Source of the DNA: Octopus sinensis
Lineage: Eukaryota
Assembly: GCF_006345805.1 (NCBI RefSeq)
Contig: NC_042998.1
Location: 55,862,001-55,926,000, forward strand
Length of the DNA: 64,000 nucleotides
Reading direction: 5' to 3'
Both the position numbers and the translations under genes were made by a program. The notes beneath the pieces are model-generated. The model had not been told where the DNA came from and searched no databases. It saw only the letters and a program-made list of their open reading frames with translations. Position 1 is the first letter of the stretch. Each line of letters opens with the position of its first letter. Shown here one piece after another: positions 36,990 to 51,349 of this stretch.

Positions 36990-37318
36990 CTTTTTCTTGT
37001 TTCAGTCATTAAGACTGCGTCCATGCTGGAGCATCGCTTTGAAGAATTTTTAGTCGAGTGAATCGACCCCAGTACTTTTTTTTTTTTTGAGACCTGGTAA
37101 TAATTCTATCGGACTCTTTTGCCGAACCGCTAAGTTACGGGTCGTAAACACACCAACAGCGATTGTCAAACGGTGGTGGAGGCAACCAGACACAAACACA
37201 CATACATACAGACATACATACATACATACATACATACATACATACATACATACACACACACACATACATACATACATACATACACATACATACATACATA
37301 CATACATACATACATACA

Positions 37319-37349
<31 letters not shown>

Positions 37350-37538
37350 TCGCCATAATAGATCGCTAACCACTACACATTATTTTCTCTCCTTGTTTCT
37401 TTCTGTGTTCTTTTCTATGGAAGAGCTTAGGCTCGAAACGTTAAAGACTTTTTTCACTTCCCGAGCGTTATACTAATACATCTGTTTGTTTTCTACACCA
37501 CCTGTCTTCGTCTTTTTTTTGTTTGTTTTTTAGTGAAT

Positions 37539-37579
<41 letters not shown>

Positions 37580-37765
37580 CTCTATATATATATATACACA
37601 TATGCAACGGGCTTGTTTCAGTTTTCGTCTAACAAATCCAGTTACGAGGCTATGGTCGGCCCAATACTATAGTAGAAGACACTTGCCCAAAGTGCTACTC
37701 AGTGGGGCCGAACTCGGAACTATGTGGTTGGCAAACAAGCTTCTTACCACACAGCTACGCCTACT
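36990..37765 (-). mobile_element. Family B SINE split into tail (36990-37200) and head (37600-37765)
   Basis: Both halves match family B. They are separated by an (ATAC)n expansion and the 37360-37540 insert. Confidence 0.75.
37360..37540 (+). mobile_element. Short Penelope-type terminus with degenerate hammerhead-like motif, ending at (CT)n/(TA)n
   Basis: TTTT-CTATGGA-A-GAGC(TTAG)GCTC-GAAAC-GTT-AAAG at 37411-37446, followed by a tail of similar layout to 36427-36524. Confidence 0.55.
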
Positions 37766-38086
37766 AATTATGTCTATTCAATCAAGAGTTGGTCTAAGGC
37801 TAAAGAACAACGTAACGATAACCACTCACATAGCGTGTTCGCTTGACTTGTCAGATATAGCAGCCAAAAATTCAAATATCTTGAAAGGCGGGATGGTCAT
37901 GGCTGGAATACCTTTTATCGAACCTGAATTACACAACAAAGTCTGGAGCGGGGTCGATTATCAAATTCTACGGTTATGGGAAATTAACTTGAAGTTTATC
38001 TACCTTTTATACGTGTTTATGTACGTATGTATATATATATGTATACACACACATGCACACATGCATATACACACGTGTTCGTGTAT

Positions 38087-38149
<63 letters not shown>

Positions 38150-38163
38150 CACACACATATACA

Positions 38164-38227
<64 letters not shown>

Positions 38228-38498
38228 TGAAAAGTACCATTGGTCGATAACTGATGAAGGATTATGGACTTTCTGTTCTTTCTGTTTGTCTCACGTTCGT
38301 TTTTACATTCAGTATACGTTATATCGCTTATTTATATATTTTTTTCATTTTACACACACACACACACACACTCGCACACGCACATATATATATATATACA
38401 CATATATATACATACATACATACATACATACATACATACAGACAGACAGACAGACAGACACACAGACAGAGAGACAGACAGATACATACATACATACA

Positions 38499-38531
<33 letters not shown>

Positions 38532-38649
38532 GCATACATATATATAAATACATATATGCATACATATATATATATATAAATTATATTATAATGTATATAT
38601 ATATATCTTTATATATATAAATTATGTATATATTATTATATATATATAC

Positions 38650-38705
<56 letters not shown>

Positions 38706-38735
38706 ATATAACCACATACACATATAACTCACGTA

Positions 38736-38778
<43 letters not shown>

Positions 38779-39414
38779 GAACATTTTGAAATCAGAAGTT
38801 GAAAAGTGGCTTCGAAAGCAATTACAAGCTTGAGATCGTTGCTATTGTTGTTGCTGCTGTTGTTGTTGCTCTTTCTCCCTTTCATTATAATTCTTATAAA
38901 ACTTTTAAACTCCAAAAATAAAACTGGAGTGCACAGTGAAACTGCAGTGAATTAAGTTAATAAAATCCAACTGAAAAATTATAAATCGATGTTGTTTGTT
39001 ATTTACTTTCATGTCAACCTTAAACTTTGGTCAAAAGTATTCTAGTCGTGATTCGAACTTGTTTTTGAAAGTATATTGCGAAGTGTACTCTATCTGATAT
39101 GTATTTCTCTGATTTAAGATGGTAGTATGGAATTTGAGGGAATTTAGCTGTTATTTCTAGCAAGTAACACGAACGCGTTAGCGGTTCTTTCGCTGTACTT
39201 ATTTTACAAATTCCATTGATTTCTAACTACAGGCACAAGAGTACAAACTTTGGCGGTGGGATAAATGTAGTTGGATAAAATCAATCTATTATTTCAATGG
39301 TGCTTTATTTCATCGGCCCCGGAAGAACGAAAGATAACATCGAATCCAGTAAGATTTAACTTAAAGAGGTGATATTGGAATGAAATATGATCGAAAATAT
39401 ATAAATAAATCCAA

Positions 39415-39749
39415 CTACACGGTTCCGGGTTCAGTCCCACAGCGCGGGGACAGCGTTGCGCAAGTGTCTTCTACTAGAGCCCCGGACCGACCAAAGCCTT
39501 GTGAGTGGATTTGGTAGACGTAAACTGAAGGAGGCCCATCGTGTGCAAACACATACACACACACACACACATGATTACATACATATACATACAAGCGTGG
39601 CTGCGTGGTAAGAAGCTTGCTTCCCGACCACATGATCCTGGGTTCAGTGTCACTGCGCGGCACCTTGCGCAAGTGTCTTCTACTATAGCCTCGGGCAACC
39701 AAAGCCTTGTGAGTAGATTGGGTAGACGGAAACTGAAAGAAGCCTGTTT

Positions 39750-39803
<54 letters not shown>

Positions 39804-40050
39804 TATATATATATTATATATACATATATATATATGCATGTATTTGTGTGTTTTTGTCCCTTCACCATCGCTTGACAACCGACCTTGGTATGTTTACGTC
39901 CCCGTAACTTAGCGGTTCAGCAAAAGAAACTGATAGAATAAGTACCTGACTTACAAAGAATAAGCCCAGGGATCGATTTCTTCAACTAAAAGGCGGTGCT
40001 CCTGCATGGCCACACCCAAAATGACTGAAACAAGTAAAAGAATAAAATTA
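39415..40050 (+). mobile_element. Family B SINEs: truncated copy (39415-39535) and near full copy (39590-40050)
   Basis: GTGGTAAGAAGCTTGCTTCCC..CCACATG head, CORE-like motif, internal (TA)n, tail GGCGGTGCTCC.GCATGGCC...TGACTGAAACAAGTAAAAG. Confidence 0.85.
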
Positions 40051-40051
40051 C

Positions 40052-40086
<35 letters not shown>

Positions 40087-40168
40087 CACATATATATATA
40101 TATGTACGTATGTACGTGTGCGTATATATATATATATATATACGATATATGTACGCATGTATCTATAT

Positions 40169-40217
<49 letters not shown>

Positions 40218-40739
40218 CGCATGTATGTATGTATCAGGCTTGAAAAATAAGTACTAGGGCAGAGTCGTTCGACTAAACCCTTCAAGGCGGTGCCCCAGCA
40301 TGGCCACAGTCCAATTACTGAGACAAGTAAAAGATAAAAGATATAAATAAATAAATAAATAAATAAATAAAATATACAAACTTCTTTCTTAAAGTTTTAA
40401 TCAGCTGTTGTTTAAAATGAAATCCTCAATTATATGTCAAATTTGATCACATAGTAAAAAAAAAAAAAAAAACTTTTAATTCATTGTCGAAGCAGGCGGA
40501 ATGACATTAAACTTACAACAAATAATGTTCTTTTTTTATATTTTTTTATGATGATAAACAGCATCAGCAAACTTTAAATTCCTCACAAGAATCAGGCAGT
40601 TTTATGGCTTCTCTTGTTTCTCAACTTTACTTCTCTTATTTACGTCAATTTCTATTAAAACATCAACAAACGCTCAGATTTCTCACTCGATGAAGTAAAG
40701 GTAGAGCCCATTAATTAATGCGAAAGAAAATAGATACAA

Positions 40740-40908
40740 TTATTGATAGGGCTAGCTTAGAAAAGCGATGCAGGCGCCAATAGTAATTTCATCCTTTACA
40801 CCCCTTTTCCGGCGAAGAAAATCGGTTCGCCCGGTTGCAGCCGGCAATCACTACTTGATGGAGAGAGAGAGGGCGAGAGTGAAATGCTCCGCACACTATA
40901 GAAGCTAA
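40740..40908 (+). promoter_or_regulatory. Candidate promoter / non-coding first exon of the membrane-protein gene
   Basis: Repeat-free, relatively GC/CpG-rich island with CCAAT (GCGCCAATAG, ~40774-40783) and a GA tract. A donor-like GTAAGA at 40909 would give a 102-nt intron to the acceptor at 41010. Confidence 0.35.
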
Positions 40909-41011
40909 GTAAGAGTGTAACTGTCAAACTCTAAACACAATTCATGAATGTCTTATAACACCGGGCTGCCTGCTTATGCCAAGGTAAAGTAAAAAGGCTT
41001 TTCTCTCCAGC

Positions 41012-41269
41012 ATGGAGAAACGTCGCGTCTCTTCTTCCGACAGCAATCAAAGTGAACGTGATCGATTGCTGTTTCGAAAACTCGTTCAGTGGGTATCTGC
41101 GTGTATTATATTTACTTTACTTGTTATTCTGGTCGGCCTGTCCTGGAGCTACATCAGTACATTAGCATCTTTACAAACAAGAGTTGAGCAACTAGAGAAA
41201 CAGTGCACGGATTATGAAAAACGCGTAGAGGAGTACGTTGAAGTAAAAATAAAAGAAACATTCATCAAG
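41012..41269 (+). CDS. First coding exon (86 codons) of a host type II membrane protein: cytosolic tail, TM helix, coiled coil; resembles membrane collagen (MACIT)/TNF-EDA-type N-termini
   Basis: Acceptor TTTTCTCTCCAG|C, strong Kozak context AGCATGG with an in-frame upstream stop, TM segment WVSACIIFTLLVILVGLSWSYI, heptads LASLQTRVEQLEKQC, and phase-0 donor AAG|GTAAGA at 41269/41270. Confidence 0.8.
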
Positions 41270-42827
41270 GTAAGAGTAATAACTCACTTTAATTATTTGC
41301 TGAACTATCTATTAATGTTTTATATTACACGCGATGCATGTCATAATGTATATATGTGCATGCCTCTAAGCTTCAAACAGTAATCTTCACGCGTTTAAAT
41401 CTTCATGTGTTTATATATAAATAACGTATGGTTTATTCAACAAAGTTTATAAACTAGATTGTTTTACGAAATATGCTTGAATTGATTTTAAATCGAACTC
41501 TGTTGCTGATTGATAGATACAGGGTTAATGTAACATTCACGTATCTATCGATAACATTGCCTGGATAGCTATGCTTTTTTGTTGTTTTTTTTTTCAGGCT
41601 AAAAGTTTTTAAAACTGTCACGAAATATCAAAATCATTTAATTCGTTCCTTTATTTATATATCTTAACAATAATCATTGTCTATTTAAAGAAATTTACAT
41701 TTTATTTCTCATAACAGGGCTTATAAACTGGCCCCTTTTATGTCAGGTAAGAACTGGAAAATGCCAGAAATTATTACAAAAGTATATAACAATTGAAAAC
41801 TGATTTACGGAATCCAGCCAAATTCACAAGAAAATATATTGCTAGATTTTCTTTTAAAATATTCTGCCAACTTGTTTTAAGAATTAAATGATGGATTCAG
41901 TGCATTATAAAACGTAGAAAGTTTAATAACTATGACAGAAATGTCTAGACCGTTCATAAATACGCTTGAAAATATAACACATACACACATTCCTATATAA
42001 AGAATCTTGAATAGATGATGCACATACACCTCTCAAACACACGCACACATTCTTATTTAAAGAGCCTTGACTAGATATACGTAAACCACACTCGCGCGCA
42101 AGCCGCTTGGACATATGCAGATGGAGGAACGGTCACACGCACACACACAAAAACCTGCACGTACTCAAACTAATCAAAATGTTTCAAACTTTTATATTGT
42201 TATTTTGTTATATTCTCATTTATACGTAAATATATTTGGGGAGATCAGTGTGCACTCACCCATAGGAGCCTCTATGCGACGGTTCAGACTGCTAGAAATA
42301 ACAGCCAATATCCTTCAAATTATATCTTACCGCCTTTGAAGAAAGATACCTAGGACAATGTAGTCTTCAGTATAAAAACTGACGAGAAAGTCACGTCTGG
42401 AAAGCCTTTTATCATAGATAGGTCTACTTGATCAAGGCTAACATGAAGCTAAACAACAAAAAATGCTAACTTAACATCAGCTGCTGAATAACACAAAACG
42501 AAATGGTTTGATAAAAACATGTAACAAAAGTATGATTGTTGAATTTCGTCGCTGTTAACGGTTGACATCTCTCATTCGGAATTTACTTTTTAATATTTAT
42601 TTATATACTCTTAAATAATCCTTGGTACCTAATCCTTTTCAAACCTATCGCATACACGAGGCCCAAATACACTTACTTGTAAAGCAGGCCTGGGTGGATA
42701 AATTAAGAAAGATTATTTACGAAGAATATAGTAAAGCAAGTAGTACAAACAAGTGAATCTAAGGATTTAGTTATCGGTAACGTTACATGACAGTGAAGAT
42801 GAAGACGACGATAGCGACGACCAAGGC

Positions 42828-42863
<36 letters not shown>

Positions 42864-43804
42864 ACTGTGAAAGTGCTCGCGTAAACAAACAGCAGACTTT
42901 GCTACAAACCTACCCGGTTTAGTAAACAAAAAAGAATAGTAAAATCGATTTGCTAACATATAAACAATCTTTGCAGATGTACATGATACATACACACGTT
43001 CATTCACCCACATGCTCACATGCATTCACCGACGCGCTCGCTCGCTCACACACACACACACGCACGCACACACACAAACACACACACACCACACACACAT
43101 ATATACATACGCGCAGGCACGCTCGCATATATTCATATGCGTGTTTGTATTTCATAAATATGTGTGGTTCACAAGTATATAATAAAAAAAAATGCGTATG
43201 AGAATATATCGTCGTTATAAATGCTACCTCTTCAACATATATATACACATGCATTATTAACCATATCACACATTCACATGCGCACCTGTGTATATGCGTT
43301 TGCGTGCTGTAACTGAAACACGAAATAAAAGGGGTTTTGAGAGAATATAGATAAGAAAATCTAAGTAAATAATATGGATGTGACTCTGGTCTTCATTAGT
43401 TCTTTATTTGTTCAGCCAAAACTTTCTAGACCTTATTCTAAGCAGATTATTTTGAAAGAATAAATAGTTTTAATGTACGACTGCATTTCATAGGTTATAT
43501 ATTTCAAATAATTTGTTTTTGGTTTTTTAAATGAAAGAGAAACAACATACATTTATTTCTATATAAATTAATAGGGTTTAGGCCCATAATATGTATGTAT
43601 ATCTTTATATAGAGAGAGATATAGATACAGACAAATACATACCAAATATATTCAGATATCTATGCATGCATACAATACATATATATATATATATACAAAC
43701 AATATATATATATGTGCATGTATGTACCTATATCTAAATATATATTGTATGTATATCTATGTACAGACAGGCAGGCAGGCAGACAGACAGACAGACAGGC
43801 AGGC

Positions 43805-43923
<119 letters not shown>

Positions 43924-44114
43924 CTATATACTGCATGCATTTCTCTATATATATGTGTGTGTGTAAATATGCGTATAGCTACGTAATATGTACCAGCATC
44001 TATACGTTTATGTCTGTGTGTGTGGTGTGTGTGTGCAGGTGTATACACATATATGTACTCGCACACATTTACATACGTATATCTATATATGCATGTACGT
44101 GATTATATATGTGG

Positions 44115-44153
<39 letters not shown>

Positions 44154-44238
44154 TATTATATATATATAATTATATATTGTATGTGTATATATGTACGTAA
44201 TATATACTTTCATGTATGTTTATTTATGTATATATATA

Positions 44239-44275
<37 letters not shown>

Positions 44276-44702
44276 ATATATATATATATATATTATAGAT
44301 ATATTATATAGATCTTACATGGATGCGAAAACATTAGTCAATCTATGACCGGACACAAACTTGATTACTTTTAATAAACATATGTATATGCATATGCACA
44401 CACCACACACACACACAACACCCACATACATCCATACATACATACATATATTATATATACTATATATATATGTATATATATATGTTATATATATATATGT
44501 TATATATATATATGTATATATATATGTATATATATATATTGTATATATATATATATATATATACATATAAATATATATATATATATATATACATATATAT
44601 TTATATGTATATATATATATGCATATATATATATATGTATATATATATATCTATATACATATATATATACATGTATATACAATATACATGCATTTATATA
44701 TA

Positions 44703-44743
<41 letters not shown>

Positions 44744-44822
44744 GATATATAAATAAATGCATTTATATATAATATATATATCTATATATGATATACGCAT
44801 ATATATCTTATACATATATGCT

Positions 44823-44858
<36 letters not shown>

Positions 44859-45132
44859 ATTTTTTTTATATATAGAATATATATGGATATGATATATATA
44901 TATATGTATGAATATATAAAGACATATTTATATACATTCGCTGTTATATATATATATATATATATATATGCACATACATATGTATTACATACATATATGT
45001 ATATATATATTATATACATGAATATATATATATTATATGCGTGTAAATTAAAGTGAGGGATCAACACGTTATACCTGTTAGGGTGAATAATTTACAATAA
45101 TTTACAAAAGATTTACACAACCACATGGTATC

Positions 45133-45176
<44 letters not shown>

Positions 45177-45862
45177 AATACACACATACTCACACACACA
45201 TACACACACACACACACACACATGTAAGACGTGTGTGTATATTACCATTAAATATATTGATCGAAAATCTCTACCATTCGACACATTCAATCGTAAGTGA
45301 AATTACATATGCATATAGACACAAGGAGCATGGTAGCAGCTAAAATCTATAGATATATTCTGGAGTACGTGTATAGCCACACAAAACACATTTAACGCAA
45401 AAGTAATTTATTAATATTAATTTTTTGGATGTCCCAACTTGGTGCTCAGGTCGCCGTTTAACACGAAAGTGTTCCAACTAATAAACGTTAAAGCGCGCGG
45501 TGTGTAACAGAAAGCCCGTGTGTGCGCGCGCACGTGTATTTTCGTGTATGCATATAAATATATATATATGGAAATATGCATATTCGTATATACAAGCATA
45601 TGAATATATATTTATAATTTTATGTATGTGCATCATACATTTTCATACACCTGTGTATTCATACAAATACATACATATTCATATACATACTAACATTCAA
45701 GTATGTATTTTTACATACGGATTTGTATATTTTTGTATATGCATGAATAACTTGGATGGACGGACGGACAGACAGATTTGTACATACACACATATACATA
45801 TTGATATATATTGATAGACAGATAAACTGATTTGTAATTGCATAATATATACATATTATATA

Positions 45863-45909
<47 letters not shown>

Positions 45910-45932
45910 TATATGCATACATATATGCATAC

Positions 45933-45971
<39 letters not shown>

Positions 45972-45979
45972 TAGATAAT

Positions 45980-46015
<36 letters not shown>

Positions 46016-46383
46016 GTTATATATATAATATATATATATATATATTAAATATATATATATAGCATGGAATGCTCTCTCTCTCACTTTCTCATCATCCATC
46101 ACCCTCTTATCTGTTTATATCCCTCCCCACCACTACACACTCAATGACACTATAAAATGGTCAAAACTCTTTACGCAGGAACTTAGTTCGATTTGAAAAC
46201 CCACTAGAATGGGAGAAAGCGCTAATATCATCTAAGTTATATGATGTATAAAAACATGTAATATACAAATAAATATCTGTAAATATAAAATCATCCGAAT
46301 TTCTGAGTACCTCATTTCTTCTAATATAAAATACCTGTACAATCTTCTCCAAACATTCCAATATATTATGCACTATTATGCAC

Positions 46384-46437
<54 letters not shown>

Positions 46438-46726
46438 ATACATAGAGAGAGAGAGAGAGAGAGCGAGATATGCATATATATATATAGAGATATTATAATA
46501 TTATATATAGATAGATAAATTATATGCATATATATCTATATATATATATACATACATACGTACGTACGTATATAGATATTATATATATATATATATATAT
46601 ATATACATACATACATACGTACGTACGTACGTACGTTACGTACATACGTACGTACGTACGTACGTACGTACATACGTACATCATACGTACGTACATACAT
46701 ACATACATACATTACATACATACGTA

Positions 46727-46759
<33 letters not shown>

Positions 46760-47519
46760 AAGTTATATATATATTTGAAGTGTTATATATATATATTGAA
46801 GTGTATATATATATATTGAAGTGTATATATATATTGAAGTGTATAGCCTTCCATCCATTACATCCGATATTGCCGATGTGTTCATTCAACCGCTCTGGTA
46901 ATGGTGCCAATTCATAAGTGCAAGGTGGTTAGCGATAGGAAGAGCATCCAGCTGTAGAAACATCCGGAAGATATATACGACGACCAGCGATAGTTTCCAA
47001 TAATTGACTTCGACTGTGGCGAACACAATAATCCATGTTAGCATAATGACGATATTCAGCATAATGACGATATTCATATAAATACATACATGCATATACA
47101 GATATATACACACATCACGCACACACATGTATACACACACATCACACGCACACATGCGCACTCATACACACACACACGCATGCATGCGTACGTATTATGT
47201 GTGTGTATGTATATATATCTATATATGTATATATATATATATATATCTTTAAATTCATCTATATGTATATATATGTGTATATATATATATATGTGAATGT
47301 ATAGGTATATAAATGTATGTATATATATATATATGTGTGTATATATATGTACATAAATGTATGAATATGTAAATATATATATGTATATATATATATGAAT
47401 ATACATATGTATATATGTATGTGTATGTATATATGTGTGTATATATATATGTATATATATGTGTATGTTTCTCTCTATACATATATGTATATATATGTTT
47501 TTATATATGTATATATATA

Positions 47520-47584
<65 letters not shown>

Positions 47585-48012
47585 TACATACAGAGAAAGA
47601 TAGAGATAATGATGTATGCATGCCGGAATTATAAAAACAACTTCCAACGTACTTTTCGAGCTATATGTAAATTTATCGATCAATCAACGTACTTCTGCAT
47701 CTCTCTTGTGTGTGTGTGTCTGTGTGCGTGTGTGTAGGTAGTATTTTTATATATGTCTGTGTGTATTAATATGTATATATGCATATACGGTTTAGTTTAC
47801 AAACGAAAGAAAGGGGCAGTCCACACATTTAGTACGAGTTACATATATTATTAAAAATATATTATTAAAAATAGTTTCATTCAGCACCTTGCAACTTAAT
47901 GTTTCGTAAGCTTCCTACTGAAACCCAACTGTTTGGATGAGTAACCCGAATAAGTCAGCCTGGCAAGCTATATACAGATTACATATATATATATATATAT
48001 ATGATATATATA

Positions 48013-48092
<80 letters not shown>

Positions 48093-48117
48093 CATGTATA
48101 TATATAAGTATATAATG

Positions 48118-48149
<32 letters not shown>

Positions 48150-48541
48150 TATATGTATATATATACATATATATATGCTTATATATATAATATATATATA
48201 AATAACATGTATATATATAAGTATAATATATATATACATATATATGTATATATATACATATTATATGCATATATATATAATATATAATATATATAATATA
48301 TTATACATACACACACTATATGTGTGTACGTATGCATGCATGCATGCATGTATGTATGTATGTATGTATGTATGTATGTATGTGTGTGTATGGTGTGCAT
48401 CTTTGTGTGTGTGATGTGTGTTTATACATGTGTGTGCGAGATGTGTGTATATCTGTATTTGCATGTATGTATTTACATGAATATCGTCATTATGCTAACA
48501 TGGATTATTGTGTTTTTTTTGTGCTTTCGGTTTGGATTATA

Positions 48542-48571
<30 letters not shown>

Positions 48572-48572
<1 letters not shown>

Positions 48573-48752
48573 AATCCAAACATGAAAGCACAAAAAAAAC
48601 ACACCAACGTGAGGACGTGGAACAAATATAGTATTATTGGACGCTCAGGAAAGAAAGAGGGTTTAACGTTTCGAGCGGAGCTCTTCGTCGGAAACATAGG
48701 AGAAGGAAAGATCCAGAGAAGGGAAGAGGAAAAGAAATCGCCAACAGTACGC
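48572..48752 (-). mobile_element. Second copy of the hammerhead-bearing Penelope-type terminus
   Basis: 48661-48695 is the exact reverse complement of 36392-36426. The end abuts (TA)n at 48540-48571. Confidence 0.75.
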
Positions 48753-49054
48753 AGACAGTTGAAACATTCCTGTCACAACCTGGGACCTTGAAGACTGCTT
48801 AAATGCAAGAAAGTATACTAGTCCCTTAATATTTGATATTCAATATTTCATCTATCCAATAAGACAATCAATACTTCATTTCATTATACTACTATATATA
48901 CTTTTTATACTATATATTCTACATTAATATTATAAAGAATATAAATAAAACATAAAAAACAGAGTTGGAATTCCTTCCCCCTATACACAATCATACAAAC
49001 CCCTTTTTATTTATATATATATGTGTGTGTGTGTGTGTGTGCGTTTCTGTTTAT

Positions 49055-49124
<70 letters not shown>

Positions 49125-49129
49125 TATGA

Positions 49130-49298
49130 ATAGGCGCAGGCGTGTCTGTGTCGTAAGAAGAAGCTTCCCAACCACATGATTCCGGGTTCAGTTACACCCT
49201 TGCATGGCACCTTGGACGAGTGTCTTCTTAAGTAGCCTCGGGCCAACCCAAACCCTTGTGAGTGGACTTAGTAGACAGAAACTGCAAGAAACCAGTCG

Positions 49299-49334
<36 letters not shown>

Positions 49335-49495
49335 GTCCCCCACCACCGCTTGACAAGTGCTATGGATGTGTTTACAACCCCGTAACTTAGCTGTTCGAAA
49401 AAAAAAAACGATAGAATAAGTGCCAGGTTAAAACTAAAAACTTTTCAAGGCGGTGCTGCAGTATGGCAGCAGTGTAATGGCTCAAACAAGTAAAA
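49130..49495 (+). mobile_element. Family B SINE
   Basis: Head, CORE-like motif, internal (TA)n and tail are recognisable. Confidence 0.8.
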
Positions 49496-49579
49496 CATAG
49501 AGAATATGTGTGTATTTATATACGTATATTTTTTTATATATATCCGTATATATGCATATATATAATATATAAATATTCT

Positions 49580-49638
<59 letters not shown>

Positions 49639-49809
49639 GGCAGACAGACAGAGGACAGACAGACACTCGCATACACAATGACACATGTACATATAGCTCA
49701 AAGATGTATTTTTATACGTTACAAGAAATTTCAGTATACCTGCTCGCAGGTGTGTGCGTGTGTTTAAGATAAATGCGTTATTATTTACAAACAATCATCA
49801 TATATATAT

Positions 49810-49847
<38 letters not shown>

Positions 49848-50013
49848 CAAATGATAGAGACGGACATAAAATGGAATTGTAAGAGAAATTTTATTGTTCA
49901 CAACGATCGTTTTGACCAATCCTGTATCGATCTCTCGCGGGTTGGATACTGTGTACAATTGGTTGTGGCACATCCTATATATATACTTACGTACACACAC
50001 ACACACATACATA

Positions 50014-50117
50014 CGAGGGATGTATGAAGAGTCTTGAACCTCCAAGACTTCTGCTGAATGTACTACACTTCAAGGCTCAAAGGCCTTGAAGGCTCAAAAC
50101 GTTTCATACACCCCTCG
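50014..50117. mobile_element. 104-bp mariner-type MITE with TA TSD
   Basis: TA|CGAGGGATGTATGAAGA ... TTTCATACACCCCTCG|TA. Confidence 0.8.
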
Positions 50118-50203
50118 TACACACACACACACACACATTACATACATATGATTGATTGATTCTAGTTTCAGCTCATGAGCTGTGGCCATTGCTGGGGCAC
50201 GCC

Positions 50204-50283
<80 letters not shown>

Positions 50284-50305
50284 TAGATAGATAGATAGAT
50301 AATAG

Positions 50306-50382
<77 letters not shown>

Positions 50383-50659
50383 TTTATATACATACACACT
50401 TTTATAAGCATAAATATAAACAATAAGAAGTCAGTATGACAAGGGAATATCTTTATTTAACCACTTGACTTCCTTAGGGGTACGGCCGTTTCAGCTATTG
50501 GACACTACGTTACACTTCTTTGCATTAGAATACATGGATACTATGAATCCATATCTCATACTACAAATTTACATGTATATATGTGTATTGCGTGTACATA
50601 TGCACACTCTTACACATTTACGTCTCAAGTATATATCTGATATTATGTGTATGTATGTT

Positions 50660-50878
50660 CATTTCTACTCTAGGCACAAGGTCCGAAATTTTGGGGGAGG
50701 GGACTAGTCGATTAGATCGATCCCAGTACGCAACTGGTACTTAATTTATCGAATCCGAAAGGATGAAAGGCAAAGTCGACCTCGGTGAAATTTGAACTCA
50801 GAACATAAAGACAGACGAAATACTGCTAAGCATTTCGCCCCGCGTGTTAACGTTGCGTTTCTGCCAGCTCGCCGCCTT
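50660..50878 (-). mobile_element. Family A SINE, full length
   Basis: Head AAGGCGGCGAGCTGGCAGAAACG...TTCTGAGTTCAAATT, central motif, tail CCTTGTGCCTAGAG. Confidence 0.85.
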
Positions 50879-51099
50879 AATATTTATGTATATTAACATG
50901 AGGTTACATACACATTACAAATACAATACAAGTAGATAGAGAGAAAGTATGTATGCATCTTTATATGAGTATACATAAATGCACACACACACATACTTAT
51001 ATATGTATACAAATATATGTATATATATATTCGTATGGTTATGTATCTATACATTCCTATGGATATATATATATACACACATGTATGTATGTATGTATG

Positions 51100-51136
<37 letters not shown>

Positions 51137-51302
51137 CGCATGGATGTATATGTATATATATATATATATATATTCGCATGGCATATATGTATAATATATA
51201 TTCATATATATACATACATTCGTGCATACATATACATAAATATATAAATACACATACTTATATAGCGATAGTTAAAGATAACTACATATGTGTGCGTGTG
51301 TG

Positions 51303-51335
<33 letters not shown>

Positions 51336-51349
51336 AAACATCTTTTATC

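Noticed and set aside
41598-41746. Next coding exon after the acceptor-like TTTTCAG at 41597
   Set aside because: Phase 0 reads AKSF-stop and the sequence is AT-rich with no coding character.
42787-42884. Acidic peptide HDSEDEDDDSDDQGDDDD as an exon
   Set aside because: It is a degenerate (GAT/GAC)n microsatellite without splice signals and it ends in a stop.
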